Source of the DNA: Hydrolagus colliei
Lineage: Eukaryota
Length of the DNA: 64,000 bases
Direction of reading: 5' to 3'
NCBI GenBank assembly: GCA_035084275.1
Contig: CM068745.1
Coordinates: forward strand, 51,708,001 to 51,772,000
The number at the start of each line of letters is the position of its first letter. Position 1 is the stretch's first letter. Under the pieces are notes generated by a model. The model had not been told where the DNA came from, did not search any database, and saw only the letters and a list, made by a program, of their open reading frames with translations. Of the stretch, positions 63,282 through 64,000 are shown piece by piece. Made by a program: the position numbers and the translations under genes.

Positions 63282-64000
63282 CAAAACTTGCCAGAAATAA
63301 AGGCCATTTAGGGATGGGCATAAATCATTGCTTCCAAGAGCATATGAGAGGGTGAGCAAACTGCAGTGAAATCAGTGAATGGAGAAAGGAAATTCAATTT
63401 TTCAGAAGAGTCGATTACTCTTATGTAACTCTGCCCAATCACCAGAAAAGATAAAAGTCTAATTTACACAGGGGGCAAAAAACATAAGAGTGCATTCCTG
63501 CAGTGAGTGTACTTTTTCTCCACCACCAATAAACTGCATCCGTCTCTATTACAGATTAACATTGCCATCTAGTGTATGGAAGGGGAGGCATTTGTTTCCC
63601 TGGACAAATGCAAAGGATTTGGTCTGCAGACAATAGAGACAATGTATTGTTCACCCCACCAATACAGACTTTCACCATGCAAATTTATAACAAGCGAAGT
63701 TACATCAGCAGTACAATTAAAAACTTATTAAAATGACTATTTATCTAGTTTTCCTTTTTTGTTGCTCAGCCACAAACAACTGGAGACTATGGATGGACAG
63801 ACGACTTAAATTCAATCAATTAATTCAGAGAGACTGTTAACTGACTATTGCAATAAGCAAGCAAAGTAGATAATTAGTTATCAGACAAAATACAAATAAA
63901 CTACAATGCTAACTGAAAAATTGTTACATCAAAATAGAATGTAAAAGCACTATGTCAGCAGCCTCTCAGTAAGTTTATATGGCTATCTCCATGCTCTTTA

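Noticed and set aside
62307-64000. UCHL3 exons 1-2
   Set aside because: No match to WLPLEANPE or a 12-nt VTNQ-like micro-exon with proper splice sites; likely beyond the window end

Overview
Repeat-rich vertebrate genomic DNA, most likely from a cartilaginous fish. That assignment is inferred from the DeuSINE/L2/CR1/Penelope repeat content. Reading the minus strand, the window holds seven coding exons of UCHL3 (equivalent to human exons 3-9; catalytic Gln/Cys/His/Asp intact; stop at 42724; polyA signal near 42294). About 10 kb further on are a CpG-rich promoter and the first coding exon of LMO7 (MEWKERRDPDHTLAFSEAGRWLE, 32301-32369). Positions 1-32300 appear to be LMO7 intron 1. The only long ORFs belong to a young, 5'-truncated, twice-frameshifted CR1 LINE between the two genes. 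The rest is nested transposons: Tigger/Tc2/hAT MITEs, a decayed Tigger transposase, L2 ends, tRNA-derived Deu-type SINEs and Penelope fragments. The most notable observations are (1) tiny TSD-flanked Penelope-derived units carrying a hammerhead-ribozyme-like motif, (2) splice phases that allow in-frame UCHL3-LMO7 read-through, (3) a near-perfect 285-bp spaced duplication and (4) apparent local sequence capture by a MITE. No novel protein-coding system is supported by the sequence.
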